The notes beneath the pieces are model-generated. The model searched no databases, was not told where the DNA came from, and worked only from the letters and a program-made list of their open reading frames with translations. From positions 11,136 through 75,135 of the forward strand of contig CAVOPH010000010.1 of the NCBI GenBank assembly GCA_963697775.1: a DNA stretch of 64,000 nucleotides, written 5' to 3'. Position 1 is the stretch's first letter. Every line of letters starts with the position of its first letter. The stretch is from an uncultured Acidobacteriota bacterium (GTDB lineage Bacteria > Acidobacteriota > Vicinamibacteria > Vicinamibacterales > 2-12-FULL-66-21). Shown piece by piece: positions 55,867 through 64,000 of the stretch. Made by a program: the position numbers and the translations under genes.

Positions 55867-57993
55867 TTATCGGCGCCCTTCGGCCTTCTCCGTAGCCTTC
55901 GCCTGTCCCTCTTCGGGAGTGAGCAGGGCTTTTCGGCTCAGTCGGATTTTTCCGGACGGATCGATGTTGATCACCTTGACCATCACCTGATCCCCTTCCT
56001 TCAGTTCGTCGCGCACGTCCTTCACGCGGTAGTGCGCGATCTCCGACACGTGCAGCAGGCCGTCGAGTCCCGGCATGATCTCGACGAACGCGCCGAAATC
56101 GGTGATTCGCTGCACCTTGCCCATGTAGGTCTTGTTGAGCTCGGGTGTAGCCGTCAGCTCCTGGATGATGCCGATGGCTTTCGCCGCGGACGCCTCGTCG
56201 GCTGACGCGACATTCACGCGGCCATCGTCCTCGACATCGATCTTCACGCCGGTGCGCTCGATGATGCTGCGGATCATCTTGCCGCCCGGCCCGATGACGT
56301 CGCGGATCTTGTCGACCGGTATGCGAATCGTGACGATGCGCGGGGCGTGCTGCGAGACGTTCGATCGCGATTGCGCCAGCGTCTCCTGCATCTTGCCAAG
56401 AATGAACAGGCGTCCTTCGCGAGCCTGGGCGAGCGCCTTGCGCATGATCTCCATGGTGACGCCGGAGATCTTGATGTCCATCTGCAGGGCCGTGATGCCG
56501 TCGGCAGTGCCGGCGACCTTGAAGTCCATGTCGCCGTAATGATCTTCGGCGCCGGCAATGTCGGAGAGTACGGCGTACTTGCCGTTCTCCTCGTTCATCA
56601 CCAGGCCCATCGCGACGCCGGCGACCGGTGCTTTCAACGGCACCCCGGCGTCCATCATCGACAGTGAGCCGCCGCAGACGGAGGCCATCGAAGACGAGCC
56701 GTTGGATTCGAGGATGTCGGAAACGACGCGGACGGTGTAAGGGAACTTTTCTTCGGCGGGCATCATCGACGCCAGCGCGCGCTCGGCGAGAGCGCCGTGG
56801 CCGATCTCACGGCGGCCGGGACCGCGCATGAACGCGACTTCACCGACCGAAAACGGCGGGAAGTTGTAGTGGAGCATGAAGCGCTTCCACGTTTCCCCGT
56901 CAACCGTCTCGACCTTCTGTTGATCGTCCGCGGTGCCAAGCGTGGCGGTCACGAGCGCTTGTGTTTCGCCGCGGGTAAAGACCGCGGACCCGTGCACGCG
57001 CGGCAGCACGCCGACTTCAATCGTAATCTGGCGAATTTGGTTGAAGGCGCGTCCGTCGAGGCGCTTGCCCCGCTCCAGAATCTCGTCGCGCAGGACCTTC
57101 TCTTTGAGTTCCTTGAAGATGGTCTTCGCCTCCACCTTGCGCTCGACTTCACCTTCCGGGATGCCCGCGATCAGGTCGGCGAGGACCTGGTCCACGGTGC
57201 CGTAGTTCTCGAGCTTGTCCTGGATGCGCATCGCGTCGGCGAGCGGAACGAGGACCTTCTCTTCGACCTCGCGGTAGAACTCCCGGCCGATCTCTTTCTT
57301 CGCAGTCGCCGTCTTTTTCTTGCCCGCCTGCTGCGCCAGCGCATCGATGTCTGCCACGATGTCCCTGATCGCGGCGTGCGCACGATCGAGCGCCTGCACC
57401 ATCTCCTCTTCCGTCACTTCCTTGGCGCCCGCTTCGACCATGACGATGCCGTCTTTGCTGCCGGCGACGATCAGGTCCAGGCGGCTGCGCTTGCGCTGCT
57501 CGAACGTCGGGTTGATGACGAATTCGCCGTCAACGTGACCGACGCGGACGCCGGCGATTGTTCGAGTGAAGGGAATGCTGGAGACGGCCAACGCCGCAGA
57601 CGCGCCGGTGATGGCCAGCACGTCCGAATCGTTCTCGTCGTCGGCCGAGAGGACGAGCGCGATGACCTGCGTCTCGTGGCGCCAGCCGGAGGGGAACAGC
57701 GGACGGATCGGCCGATCGATCAGCCGGCTCGTCAGCACTTCCTTCTCGGTCGGCTTGCCCTCGCGCTTGAAGAATCCACCGGGAATCCGCCCGGAAGCGT
57801 AGGTGTATTCCTTGTAATCGACGGTGAGCGGCAAAAAATCGATGCCTTCTCTTGGTGTTGGGGCGGTGCAGGCGGTGACGAGGACCATGGTGTCACCCGA
57901 TCGAACGACAACGGCGCCGTCCGCCTGTTTGGCCAGGCGCCCCGTCTCGATCGAGATGGTGTGCCCGCCTGCGGAAATATTGCGTGTATGCAT
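55867..57993 (-). CDS. pnp: Polyribonucleotide nucleotidyltransferase
   Basis: DFLPLTVDY, RIPGGFFKREG, FTRGETQ, ESNGSSSMA, GDMDFKVAG, KH and S1 domains. Confidence 0.98.
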   Translation of the reverse strand: MHTRNISAGGHTISIETGRLAKQADGAVVVRSGDTMVLVTACTAPTPREGIDFLPLTVDYKEYTYASGRIPGGFFKREGKPTEKEVLTSRLIDRPIRPLFPSGWRHETQVIALVLSADDENDSDVLAITGASAALAVSSIPFTRTIAGVRVGHVDGEFVINPTFEQRKRSRLDLIVAGSKDGIVMVEAGAKEVTEEEMVQALDRAHAAIRDIVADIDALAQQAGKKKTATAKKEIGREFYREVEEKVLVPLADAMRIQDKLENYGTVDQVLADLIAGIPEGEVERKVEAKTIFKELKEKVLRDEILERGKRLDGRAFNQIRQITIEVGVLPRVHGSAVFTRGETQALVTATLGTADDQQKVETVDGETWKRFMLHYNFPPFSVGEVAFMRGPGRREIGHGALAERALASMMPAEEKFPYTVRVVSDILESNGSSSMASVCGGSLSMMDAGVPLKAPVAGVAMGLVMNEENGKYAVLSDIAGAEDHYGDMDFKVAGTADGITALQMDIKISGVTMEIMRKALAQAREGRLFILGKMQETLAQSRSNVSQHAPRIVTIRIPVDKIRDVIGPGGKMIRSIIERTGVKIDVEDDGRVNVASADEASAAKAIGIIQELTATPELNKTYMGKVQRITDFGAFVEIMPGLDGLLHVSEIAHYRVKDVRDELKEGDQVMVKVINIDPSGKIRLSRKALLTPEEGQAKATEKAEGRR

Positions 57994-58125
57994 GTCTGTC
58001 TTTCTGTCGTTGTGAGCTGCGCCAGCTTCTCGCGGTGCGAATTGATTAGGCTCCGGGCTCGAGGTTCGCGACTCCGGCCCTGGCAATCAGGCCAGACGCG
58101 CCGAAGCCGGCGACCACGGGCCTGC

Positions 58126-58395
58126 TTACTTACGAATACCGAGCCGCTTGATCAGCTCGGCGTAACGATCGGTGTCCTTCCGTTTGAGGTAGTCCAGCAG
58201 GCGTCGCCGCTGACCGACCAGCTTTAGAAGGCCGCGGCGCGAGTGATGATCTTTCGCGTGGGTCTTGAAATGCTCGGTGAGGTAATTGATGCGCTCGCTG
58301 AGAAGCGCAACTTGTACCTCAGGGGATCCGGTATCGCCGGTGTGGGTCTTGTAGGTTCCGATGACTTCTGACTTGCGATCTTTCGTAAACGCCAC
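58126..58395 (-). CDS. rpsO: 30S ribosomal protein S15
   Basis: [32 protein letters not shown]; GGAGG RBS before GTG. Confidence 0.98.
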   Translation of the reverse strand: MAFTKDRKSEVIGTYKTHTGDTGSPEVQVALLSERINYLTEHFKTHAKDHHSRRGLLKLVGQRRRLLDYLKRKDTDRYAELIKRLGIRK

Positions 58396-58508
58396 GCCTT
58401 GTCCTCCACGCACGGCCCAGATGCCGGGTGCTTCAACTGAGAAGTCCCGCTCCAAACCGCCGTTGCTACTGTCTGAACTGAATTGACAATTCCAAGCGAC
58501 TCAACATT

Positions 58509-59396
58509 TTACACCAGAACAGTGACCGGATGCAAAAGCCCGCCGGGACGGCTTTTCGCGATGGCAATCAGTCGTCCGGATGAGTCGAGCAGGCGATATG
58601 TCGGTGAGTCCCATGGCGTTCCGGCTTTGCTATCTTCCGCGATGATTTCGTTGCCGTGGGTGGCACGCCGTACCGCGCGTTCGTCCAGGACCACCGCGGG
58701 GATTTCCGGAAGGAGCTGATCAATTGAAATGATCCGGCTGGCCGCGCCGACCCCGTCCCGCTCGACGTCGTCCAGTGGAATGGCCGAAGCCTCGGCGTAG
58801 CTGCCCGCCCGAACCCGACGCAAAGCTTCCAGGTACGCTCCGCAGCCAAGTCTCTGTCCGAGATCGTGGGCGAGCGAGCGGACGTAGAAACCCGCGGACG
58901 CGGTCAGTCGAACACGGGCCAGCCCGTCCTCGTACGCCTCGAGCGTCAACGTTCGCACTGTGACGCTGACCGGCGCCGGCTGCACGGGCCTCTTTCGCCG
59001 AGCAAGCTTGTAGGCGGGAACGCCGCCGATCTTCTTCGCCGAAAATGGCGGCGGCAGCTGCTCAAACGTGCCGCGAAAATGATGGAGATTTGCCTCGACG
59101 CGGCCGGCGTCTATGCCGTGCGGCGGCTCCGGGCAAGGGCCATCCGCGCCAGCGGCATCGTACGTGTCCGTTGAGCGGCCCAATCTGATCGCCGCGACGT
59201 ATTCCTTGTCCACGCCGCTCAGAAGCGAGGCCAATCGAGTAGCGCTGCCGACGACGAGCGGCAGTACCCCGGTTGCCAAGGGGTCGAGAGTCCCGGTGTG
59301 ACCGATGCGTGGGGTTCCGAGCGCGCGCCGGACCCGAGCGACGACGTCGTGTGAGGTCGGGCCGGCGGGTTTGTCGATAATCAGGAGCCCGTTCAT
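58509..59396 (-). CDS. truB: tRNA pseudouridine(55) synthase
   Basis: DKPAGPTSHDVV, GHTGTLDPLATGVL, PPPFSAKK, GFYVRSL. Confidence 0.97.
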   Translation of the reverse strand: MNGLLIIDKPAGPTSHDVVARVRRALGTPRIGHTGTLDPLATGVLPLVVGSATRLASLLSGVDKEYVAAIRLGRSTDTYDAAGADGPCPEPPHGIDAGRVEANLHHFRGTFEQLPPPFSAKKIGGVPAYKLARRKRPVQPAPVSVTVRTLTLEAYEDGLARVRLTASAGFYVRSLAHDLGQRLGCGAYLEALRRVRAGSYAEASAIPLDDVERDGVGAASRIISIDQLLPEIPAVVLDERAVRRATHGNEIIAEDSKAGTPWDSPTYRLLDSSGRLIAIAKSRPGGLLHPVTVLV

Positions 59397-59406
59397 CAGA
59401 GTCGTT

Positions 59407-59522
59407 GGAATTGCTGAATGCTGATGGTTGAATGCTGATTGAAGAACGTCAGCGAAGCCTCGATTCTCCCATGTCACGCGGATGGAACCCGCTCTTCAAT
59501 CAGCAATAACAATCAGCAATTT
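59407..59522. repeat. Inverted heptamer array (TGCTGA / AATCAGC), same family as 1588
   Basis: ggaattgctgaatgctgatggttgaatgctgattgaaga ...~50 nt... tcttcaatcagcaataacaatcagcaatt. Confidence 0.8.
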
Positions 59523-60526
59523 CATTGCGGTCGGCTTCTCAGGCCCCGCTCGATCGCATCGACGATCAGCTGAATGATCCGGGGCCGCACCTGGTCGAGC
59601 GGCTCGGTCACCGTGAATCCTGAAGCATTCTTGTGACCGCCGCCGCCGAACACGCTCGCGACGCTCCGGACGTCGACGTCGTACTTCGAGCGCAGGCTCA
59701 CGCGCACGTCTCCGGTCGGACCGACCTTGAAGAAGACGACGGCTTGAATCTCGCGCGCGGTCAGCGGCAGGTTGATCAATCCCTCGGTGTCGTTGTGCGT
59801 GCATCCGCAGCTGGAGAGCATCGCCTCGTCCATGTACAGGATCGCCAGCCGGCCTTCGTCGGCCAGCTCCATCGAATCGAGCAGCGCGCCGATCAGCTTC
59901 AACTTGCCGAAGCTGTTGCTGTCGAACACACGGCGCGCCATCGCCGCCGGGTTGACGCCGGCTTCGACCGTCTGCCGGCAGATGTCGAACGTCCGCGGCG
60001 TGATATTCGAGTGATGGAACGATCCGGTGTCGGTCAGGATGGCGAGGTAGATGTGAGTCGCGATCTCCAGTCGCAGGGGCACGCCGAGCTCGCGGATCAC
60101 GTCGAACACCATCTCGCCGCACGCCGCTGCCGATTCGTCGTGCCAGTTGACCGCGCCGTACATCCGGTTGCCGGCGTGGTGATCGATGTTGATCAGGAAC
60201 TGGTTCTCGAGGCCGTCGACACCGGCGCGGCTCAGGTCGCTGCACTCCATCACGATCACCGCGTCGACATTGGCATCAACCCGGGTCGCGATTTCGATGC
60301 GGTCCATTCCGGGGAAATCCTGGTAATGATCCGGCGCAGGATCCGCGTTGACGATGCGGACGTCCTTGCCGAGGGCGTCGAGCGCGAACGACATGGCCAG
60401 CTGTGAGCCGATTGAGTCGCCGTCCGGTCTGGCGTGCGAGGTGAGCAGGAAGCGCTGCCGGCGGAAGATTTCTTCGGCGATTCGTCGGACCGCCGCGCTC
60501 GCGGCGTCTACGGATTCATTGATCAT
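59522..60526 (-). CDS. nrnA: DHH/DHHA1 phosphoesterase (nanoRNase/pAp phosphatase)
   Basis: HARPDGDSIGS, IDHH, TDTGSF, GGGGHKNASG; position between rbfA and truB. Confidence 0.9.
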   Translation of the reverse strand: MINESVDAASAAVRRIAEEIFRRQRFLLTSHARPDGDSIGSQLAMSFALDALGKDVRIVNADPAPDHYQDFPGMDRIEIATRVDANVDAVIVMECSDLSRAGVDGLENQFLINIDHHAGNRMYGAVNWHDESAAACGEMVFDVIRELGVPLRLEIATHIYLAILTDTGSFHHSNITPRTFDICRQTVEAGVNPAAMARRVFDSNSFGKLKLIGALLDSMELADEGRLAILYMDEAMLSSCGCTHNDTEGLINLPLTAREIQAVVFFKVGPTGDVRVSLRSKYDVDVRSVASVFGGGGHKNASGFTVTEPLDQVRPRIIQLIVDAIERGLRSRPQ

Positions 60527-60917
60527 CGTCACCCGGCTCGGCCGGTTTGCCGCTGTCGGCGCGGCCCGTCCGCTCCAGCTGGAGCTCCTGGAGGATTCGC
60601 TCCAGCCGATCGCCCTGTTCGATCGACTGGTCGTAGAAGAAGGTGAGCTCAGGCACACGCTTCAATCGCAGGCGCTGTCCGACCTGGCGTCGGAGGAACG
60701 GAGTGGCGCGGTCGAGCGCGCGCGCCGATTCCCGGCGCGCCGTGTCGTCACCGATGGACGTGTAATACACCCGCGCCTGCTGCAGATCCGGCGAGACCTT
60801 GACCTGCGTGATGGTCAGGAAGCCGATGCCCGGATCGTGCACGTCTCTCGTCAGGAGCGACGCGAGCTCCGCGCGGATTTGGTCGCCGACACGTGAAGGT
60901 CGAGAGCCCTGAGGCAT
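60516..60917 (-). CDS. rbfA: Ribosome-binding factor A
   Basis: RVGDQIR, DPGIGFLTIT, SPDL, VPELTFFYDQS. Confidence 0.95.
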   Translation of the reverse strand: MPQGSRPSRVGDQIRAELASLLTRDVHDPGIGFLTITQVKVSPDLQQARVYYTSIGDDTARRESARALDRATPFLRRQVGQRLRLKRVPELTFFYDQSIEQGDRLERILQELQLERTGRADSGKPAEPGDDDQ

Positions 60918-60925
60918 GACAAATC

Positions 60926-61015
60926 AAAGTTAAAAGTCAAAAGTTAGAAGTAAAAAGTTAAAAGGTAAGAGTAAGAATTCACTCTTACCTTTTAACTTTT
61001 TACTTTCGACTTTCT
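60926..61015. repeat. Inverted heptamer array (AAAGTTA family), same as 35257
   Basis: aaagttaaaagtcaaaagttagaagtaaaaagttaaaaggtaagagt-aagaattc-actcttaccttttaactttttactttcgacttt. Confidence 0.9.
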
Positions 61016-63794
61016 AGACGGGTGTCGCCACTCTTTCGACGACGAACGCTTCGATGATGTCGCCGACCTTGATGTCGTTATAGCGGTCGAAGCCGATGCC
61101 GCACTCGAAGCCGGCCTTGACCTCCGAGACGTCGTCTTTGAACCGGCGCAGCGAGCCGATCTTGCCTTCGTGGACGACGACGTTGTCGCGCAACAGTCGC
61201 GCCTGAGTTTCGCCGGCGCGGCTGATTCGACCGTCGAGCACCATGCACCCGGCAATCGTGCCGAATTTCGGTGTCTTGAACGTGTCGCGGACCTCCGCGG
61301 TTCCGATCCGTACTTCCTTGAACGTCGGGTCGAGCAGTCCGGCCATCGCCTTCTTCATCTCGTCGACGACGTTGTAGATGACCGAGTGCAGCCGGATGTC
61401 GACCTTCTCGCGGTCGGCGACGTCGGCGGCGTTTCGATCGGGCCGCACGTTGAAGCCGATGATGATCGCGTTCGACGCCGACGCGAGCAGCACGTCGGAC
61501 TCGTTGATCGCGCCGACGCCGCTGTGGATGATCCGGCTCTTGACCTTCTGGTCGGTCAGCTTGGTCAAGGTATCCGCGAGCACTTCGGCCGAACCCTGCA
61601 CGTCGGCCTTGATGATGATCGGCAGCTCCTTCATGTCGCCTTCGGCGATCTGCTGCTGCAGCGATTCGAGCGTCAGCCGCGTGCCCTTGCCGCCGAGCGC
61701 CTTCTCCTTCGCCTGGGTCTGGCGGAAGAGCGCGATCTGACGCGCCTTGGCGGCATCGGTCAGCGCCTGGAATGCATCGCCCGGCGCCGGGAGGCCGCCG
61801 AGGCCGAGCACTTCGACCGGCGTTGCCGGTCCCGCGCCCTTGATTTGCCGGCCGCGATCGTCGATGAGCGCGCGAACCTTCCCGACGATCGTGCCGGCGA
61901 TGAACGTGTCGCCGACGCGAAGCGTGCCGTCCTGCACGAGAATGGTCGCCACCGGGCCGCGGCCCTTGTCGAGTTTGGCTTCGAGTACGGTTCCCGACGC
62001 ATTCCGCTTCGGATTGGCTTTCAGCTCGCTGAGCTCGGTCACGAGCAGGATCATCTCGAGCAGAAGATCGAGGTTTTCCTTCTTCTTGGCCGAGACCTCC
62101 ACCATGACGGTCGAGCCGCCCCACGCCTCCGGCGTGAGACCAAGGTCGGCCAGTTCCTTCTTCACCCGCTCCGGGTTCGCGTTGGGCTTGTCGATCTTGT
62201 TGATCGCCACGAGAATCGGAACGTTCGCGGCTTTCGCGTGATCGATCGCTTCCCGCGTCTGCGGCATGACGCCGTCGTCGGCAGCCACGACCAGGATGAC
62301 GACGTCGGTGACTCGCGCGCCGCGCGCGCGCATCATCGTGAAGGCCTCGTGGCCCGGCGTATCGAGGAAGACCACGTTGCGATCGTTGACGGTGACCGCA
62401 TAGGCGCCGATGTGCTGGGTGATACCGCCCGCTTCGCGTTCGGCCACACGGGCCGACCGAATCGCATCGAGGAGCGTCGTCTTGCCATGGTCGACGTGAC
62501 CCATGACGGTGACGACGGGCGCTCGCGTGGCGAGATCGGCCGGATCGATATCCTCCGCCTCGACCTGCAGCATCTCCTCTTCGAACGTCTGCATCTTCAC
62601 GTCGGCGCCGAACTCGCGCGCAATCATCGCCGCCGTCTCGTCGTCGAGCGTGCTGTTGATCGTCATCATCAGACGACGATCCATCAGCTTCTTGAGTACG
62701 TCCTTCGCCTTGACATCGAGCTTGGTGGCCAGATCGGCGACCGTCATGCCCTCGGCCAGTGTAATCGTGCGCGTGACCGGGGGCGGAGCCATCTGGGTCG
62801 GCGCCGGGGCGGATACGCGGACGATGTCCTTTCGCGCTCCCGGACGCGGAGACCCTGGCCGGTGATGCATGGGTGGCCGATAGGCCGGCGCGCCAGGACG
62901 TGGCGGAGTGGCCGGCCGCACCGGCTGTGACGGCAGCGGTCGTGGTCCGCCAATCGGCGTTCCCGGGCGCGGCGGAAGTGCGCCGCCTGGTCGTGGGCCC
63001 GCGGGTCGCGCTGTGGCTCCCGGAGCGCCTGGTTTCGGAGCCGCCGGCCGGCTCAGATTGCCCGTCGGCGCCTGTGACGCTGACGACGGTGTCGGCACCG
63101 GCGGCCGCACGAGCATGGGACGACGCGGCGGCGCCGGCGGCGCTTGACCGGTTCGTGGGTCTTCGACACGGAGCCGAATCGTCGGCGGCACGACACGCCC
63201 AGTCAGCGTGGGTCCCGCGGGTCGCTGCTGCGGTGGGGCTGGTGCCGGGCTGGCCGCAGCCGGTGCGGCCGCGGGTGTTTCCGGCGCGGCTGGTGCCGGC
63301 GCCTCCGCGACCACGGGCTCTTCACGCAGCGGAGACGCGACTGGCGGCGGCTCGGGAACGGCTTCGACCACCGGCGGCTCGATCACCGGTTCCGGTTCCG
63401 GCTCGACGACCGGCGGCGGTGGCACGGGCGGCGGCACGAGCACCGCTTCAGCAGCGGCTGGCGGAGCGACCACAACTTCAGCCGGCGGCTTGGCCGACTT
63501 GACCAGGCGCGGCGGCGGAAGCGAAGGCGCTGCCGGCTTGGCAGGTTCTGGTGCCTTGCCGGCCGGTTTCTTTCCTTTCACTGCTGCGGGCGTGTCCGCA
63601 AACGACGCGTTCGAGGGGACGTTGAGTCCGCGCTGTCGCGCCATGCGCGACACGAATTCACGCGCCACGACTTCTTCGATTGTGCTCGACGCGCTTTTTA
63701 CCTCGATGCCGTGGTCGCGCTTGAGCAGCGCCATCACTTCCTGGCTCGAGGTGTTCAGCAGCTCAGCGACTTTGTAGATCCGGACTGTTGCCAT
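61014..63794 (-). CDS. infB: Translation initiation factor IF-2
   Basis: [39 protein letters not shown]; long Pro/Ala-rich N-region. Confidence 0.98.
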   Translation of the reverse strand: MATVRIYKVAELLNTSSQEVMALLKRDHGIEVKSASSTIEEVVAREFVSRMARQRGLNVPSNASFADTPAAVKGKKPAGKAPEPAKPAAPSLPPPRLVKSAKPPAEVVVAPPAAAEAVLVPPPVPPPPVVEPEPEPVIEPPVVEAVPEPPPVASPLREEPVVAEAPAPAAPETPAAAPAAASPAPAPPQQRPAGPTLTGRVVPPTIRLRVEDPRTGQAPPAPPRRPMLVRPPVPTPSSASQAPTGNLSRPAAPKPGAPGATARPAGPRPGGALPPRPGTPIGGPRPLPSQPVRPATPPRPGAPAYRPPMHHRPGSPRPGARKDIVRVSAPAPTQMAPPPVTRTITLAEGMTVADLATKLDVKAKDVLKKLMDRRLMMTINSTLDDETAAMIAREFGADVKMQTFEEEMLQVEAEDIDPADLATRAPVVTVMGHVDHGKTTLLDAIRSARVAEREAGGITQHIGAYAVTVNDRNVVFLDTPGHEAFTMMRARGARVTDVVILVVAADDGVMPQTREAIDHAKAANVPILVAINKIDKPNANPERVKKELADLGLTPEAWGGSTVMVEVSAKKKENLDLLLEMILLVTELSELKANPKRNASGTVLEAKLDKGRGPVATILVQDGTLRVGDTFIAGTIVGKVRALIDDRGRQIKGAGPATPVEVLGLGGLPAPGDAFQALTDAAKARQIALFRQTQAKEKALGGKGTRLTLESLQQQIAEGDMKELPIIIKADVQGSAEVLADTLTKLTDQKVKSRIIHSGVGAINESDVLLASASNAIIIGFNVRPDRNAADVADREKVDIRLHSVIYNVVDEMKKAMAGLLDPTFKEVRIGTAEVRDTFKTPKFGTIAGCMVLDGRISRAGETQARLLRDNVVVHEGKIGSLRRFKDDVSEVKAGFECGIGFDRYNDIKVGDIIEAFVVERVATPV

Positions 63795-63815
63795 TCAGTT
63801 CTATATGTGTCTCGA

Positions 63816-63849
63816 AGGGTTGCGGCGAGGTCTCGAGACCCCGCCCTAC
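63816..63849 (-). repeat. GTAG-type REP-like palindrome
   Basis: Minus strand GTAG-ggcggggtc-tcga-gacctcgcc overlapping the upstream stop codon. Confidence 0.45.
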
Positions 63850-64000
63850 GTCGTTTTACTGTCCTCGGCGACTGCTGCTGCTTCTCCTGTCTCTTCCTCC
63901 GCCTTGGCAGCCACATCCACGTCTGTCGCGGACGCCGGTTCCGCCGCGGCGACCTCCGGTGCCTCCGACTCCGTCGATGATTCGGCTCCGTCGTCGATCG
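63846..64000 (-). CDS. Acidic Ala/Glu-rich C-terminal tail, probably NusA (partial)
   Basis: ..EAPEVAAAEPASATDVDVAAKAEEETGEAAAVAEDSKTT*; assignment rests only on position upstream of infB. Confidence 0.5.
   Translation of the reverse strand, partial: IDDGAESSTESEAPEVAAAEPASATDVDVAAKAEEETGEAAAVAEDSKTT

Noticed and set aside
56797-62930. Long antisense ORFs (e.g. 56797..58227, 61170..62930; likewise 9679..11097 and 35406..36902)
   Set aside because: Shadow frames of high-GC genes with no recognisable motifs.

Overview
High-GC bacterial chromosome segment. Gene content and style suggest Acidobacteriota, probably Vicinamibacteria (inference). Many genes, including essential ones, are split by single-base indels, which is best explained by long-read assembly error. 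In order: (1) a type IV pilus accessory locus with a TPR protein, pilD, a PilS-like kinase, a FimT-PilV-PilW-PilX-PilY1 cassette, a second paralogous PilV-PilW-PilX cassette and a PilR-like sigma54 activator, with a sigma54 -24/-12 box before each cassette; (2) aroB, nadB and an archaeal/eukaryote-type proS; (3) a ~15 kb glycosylation locus with a TMTC-like GT-C, GT4/GT2 enzymes, DUF2304, Wzm/Wzt and a GT2-methyltransferase-deacetylase fusion; (4) a HEAT-repeat protein, an OmpA-family protein, tatC/tatA, an S41 protease, a candidate structured small RNA, smc, an M48 protease and a GtrB-like GT2; (5) a sulfatase followed by an iodothyronine-deiodinase-like gene whose catalytic codon is an in-frame TGA with a SECIS-like hairpin, i.e. 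a likely selenoprotein missed by the ORF track; (6) a tandem-repeat coiled-coil protein, a CadC-type wHTH/beta-propeller regulator, a PEP-CTERM cluster, an APC permease and an atypical cupredoxin; (7) the conserved (nusA)-infB-rbfA-nrnA-truB-rpsO-pnp operon. Many intergenic gaps hold inverted arrays of short 7- or 10-nt tandem repeats from several distinct families. No rRNA, tRNA, CRISPR array or transposase was seen.
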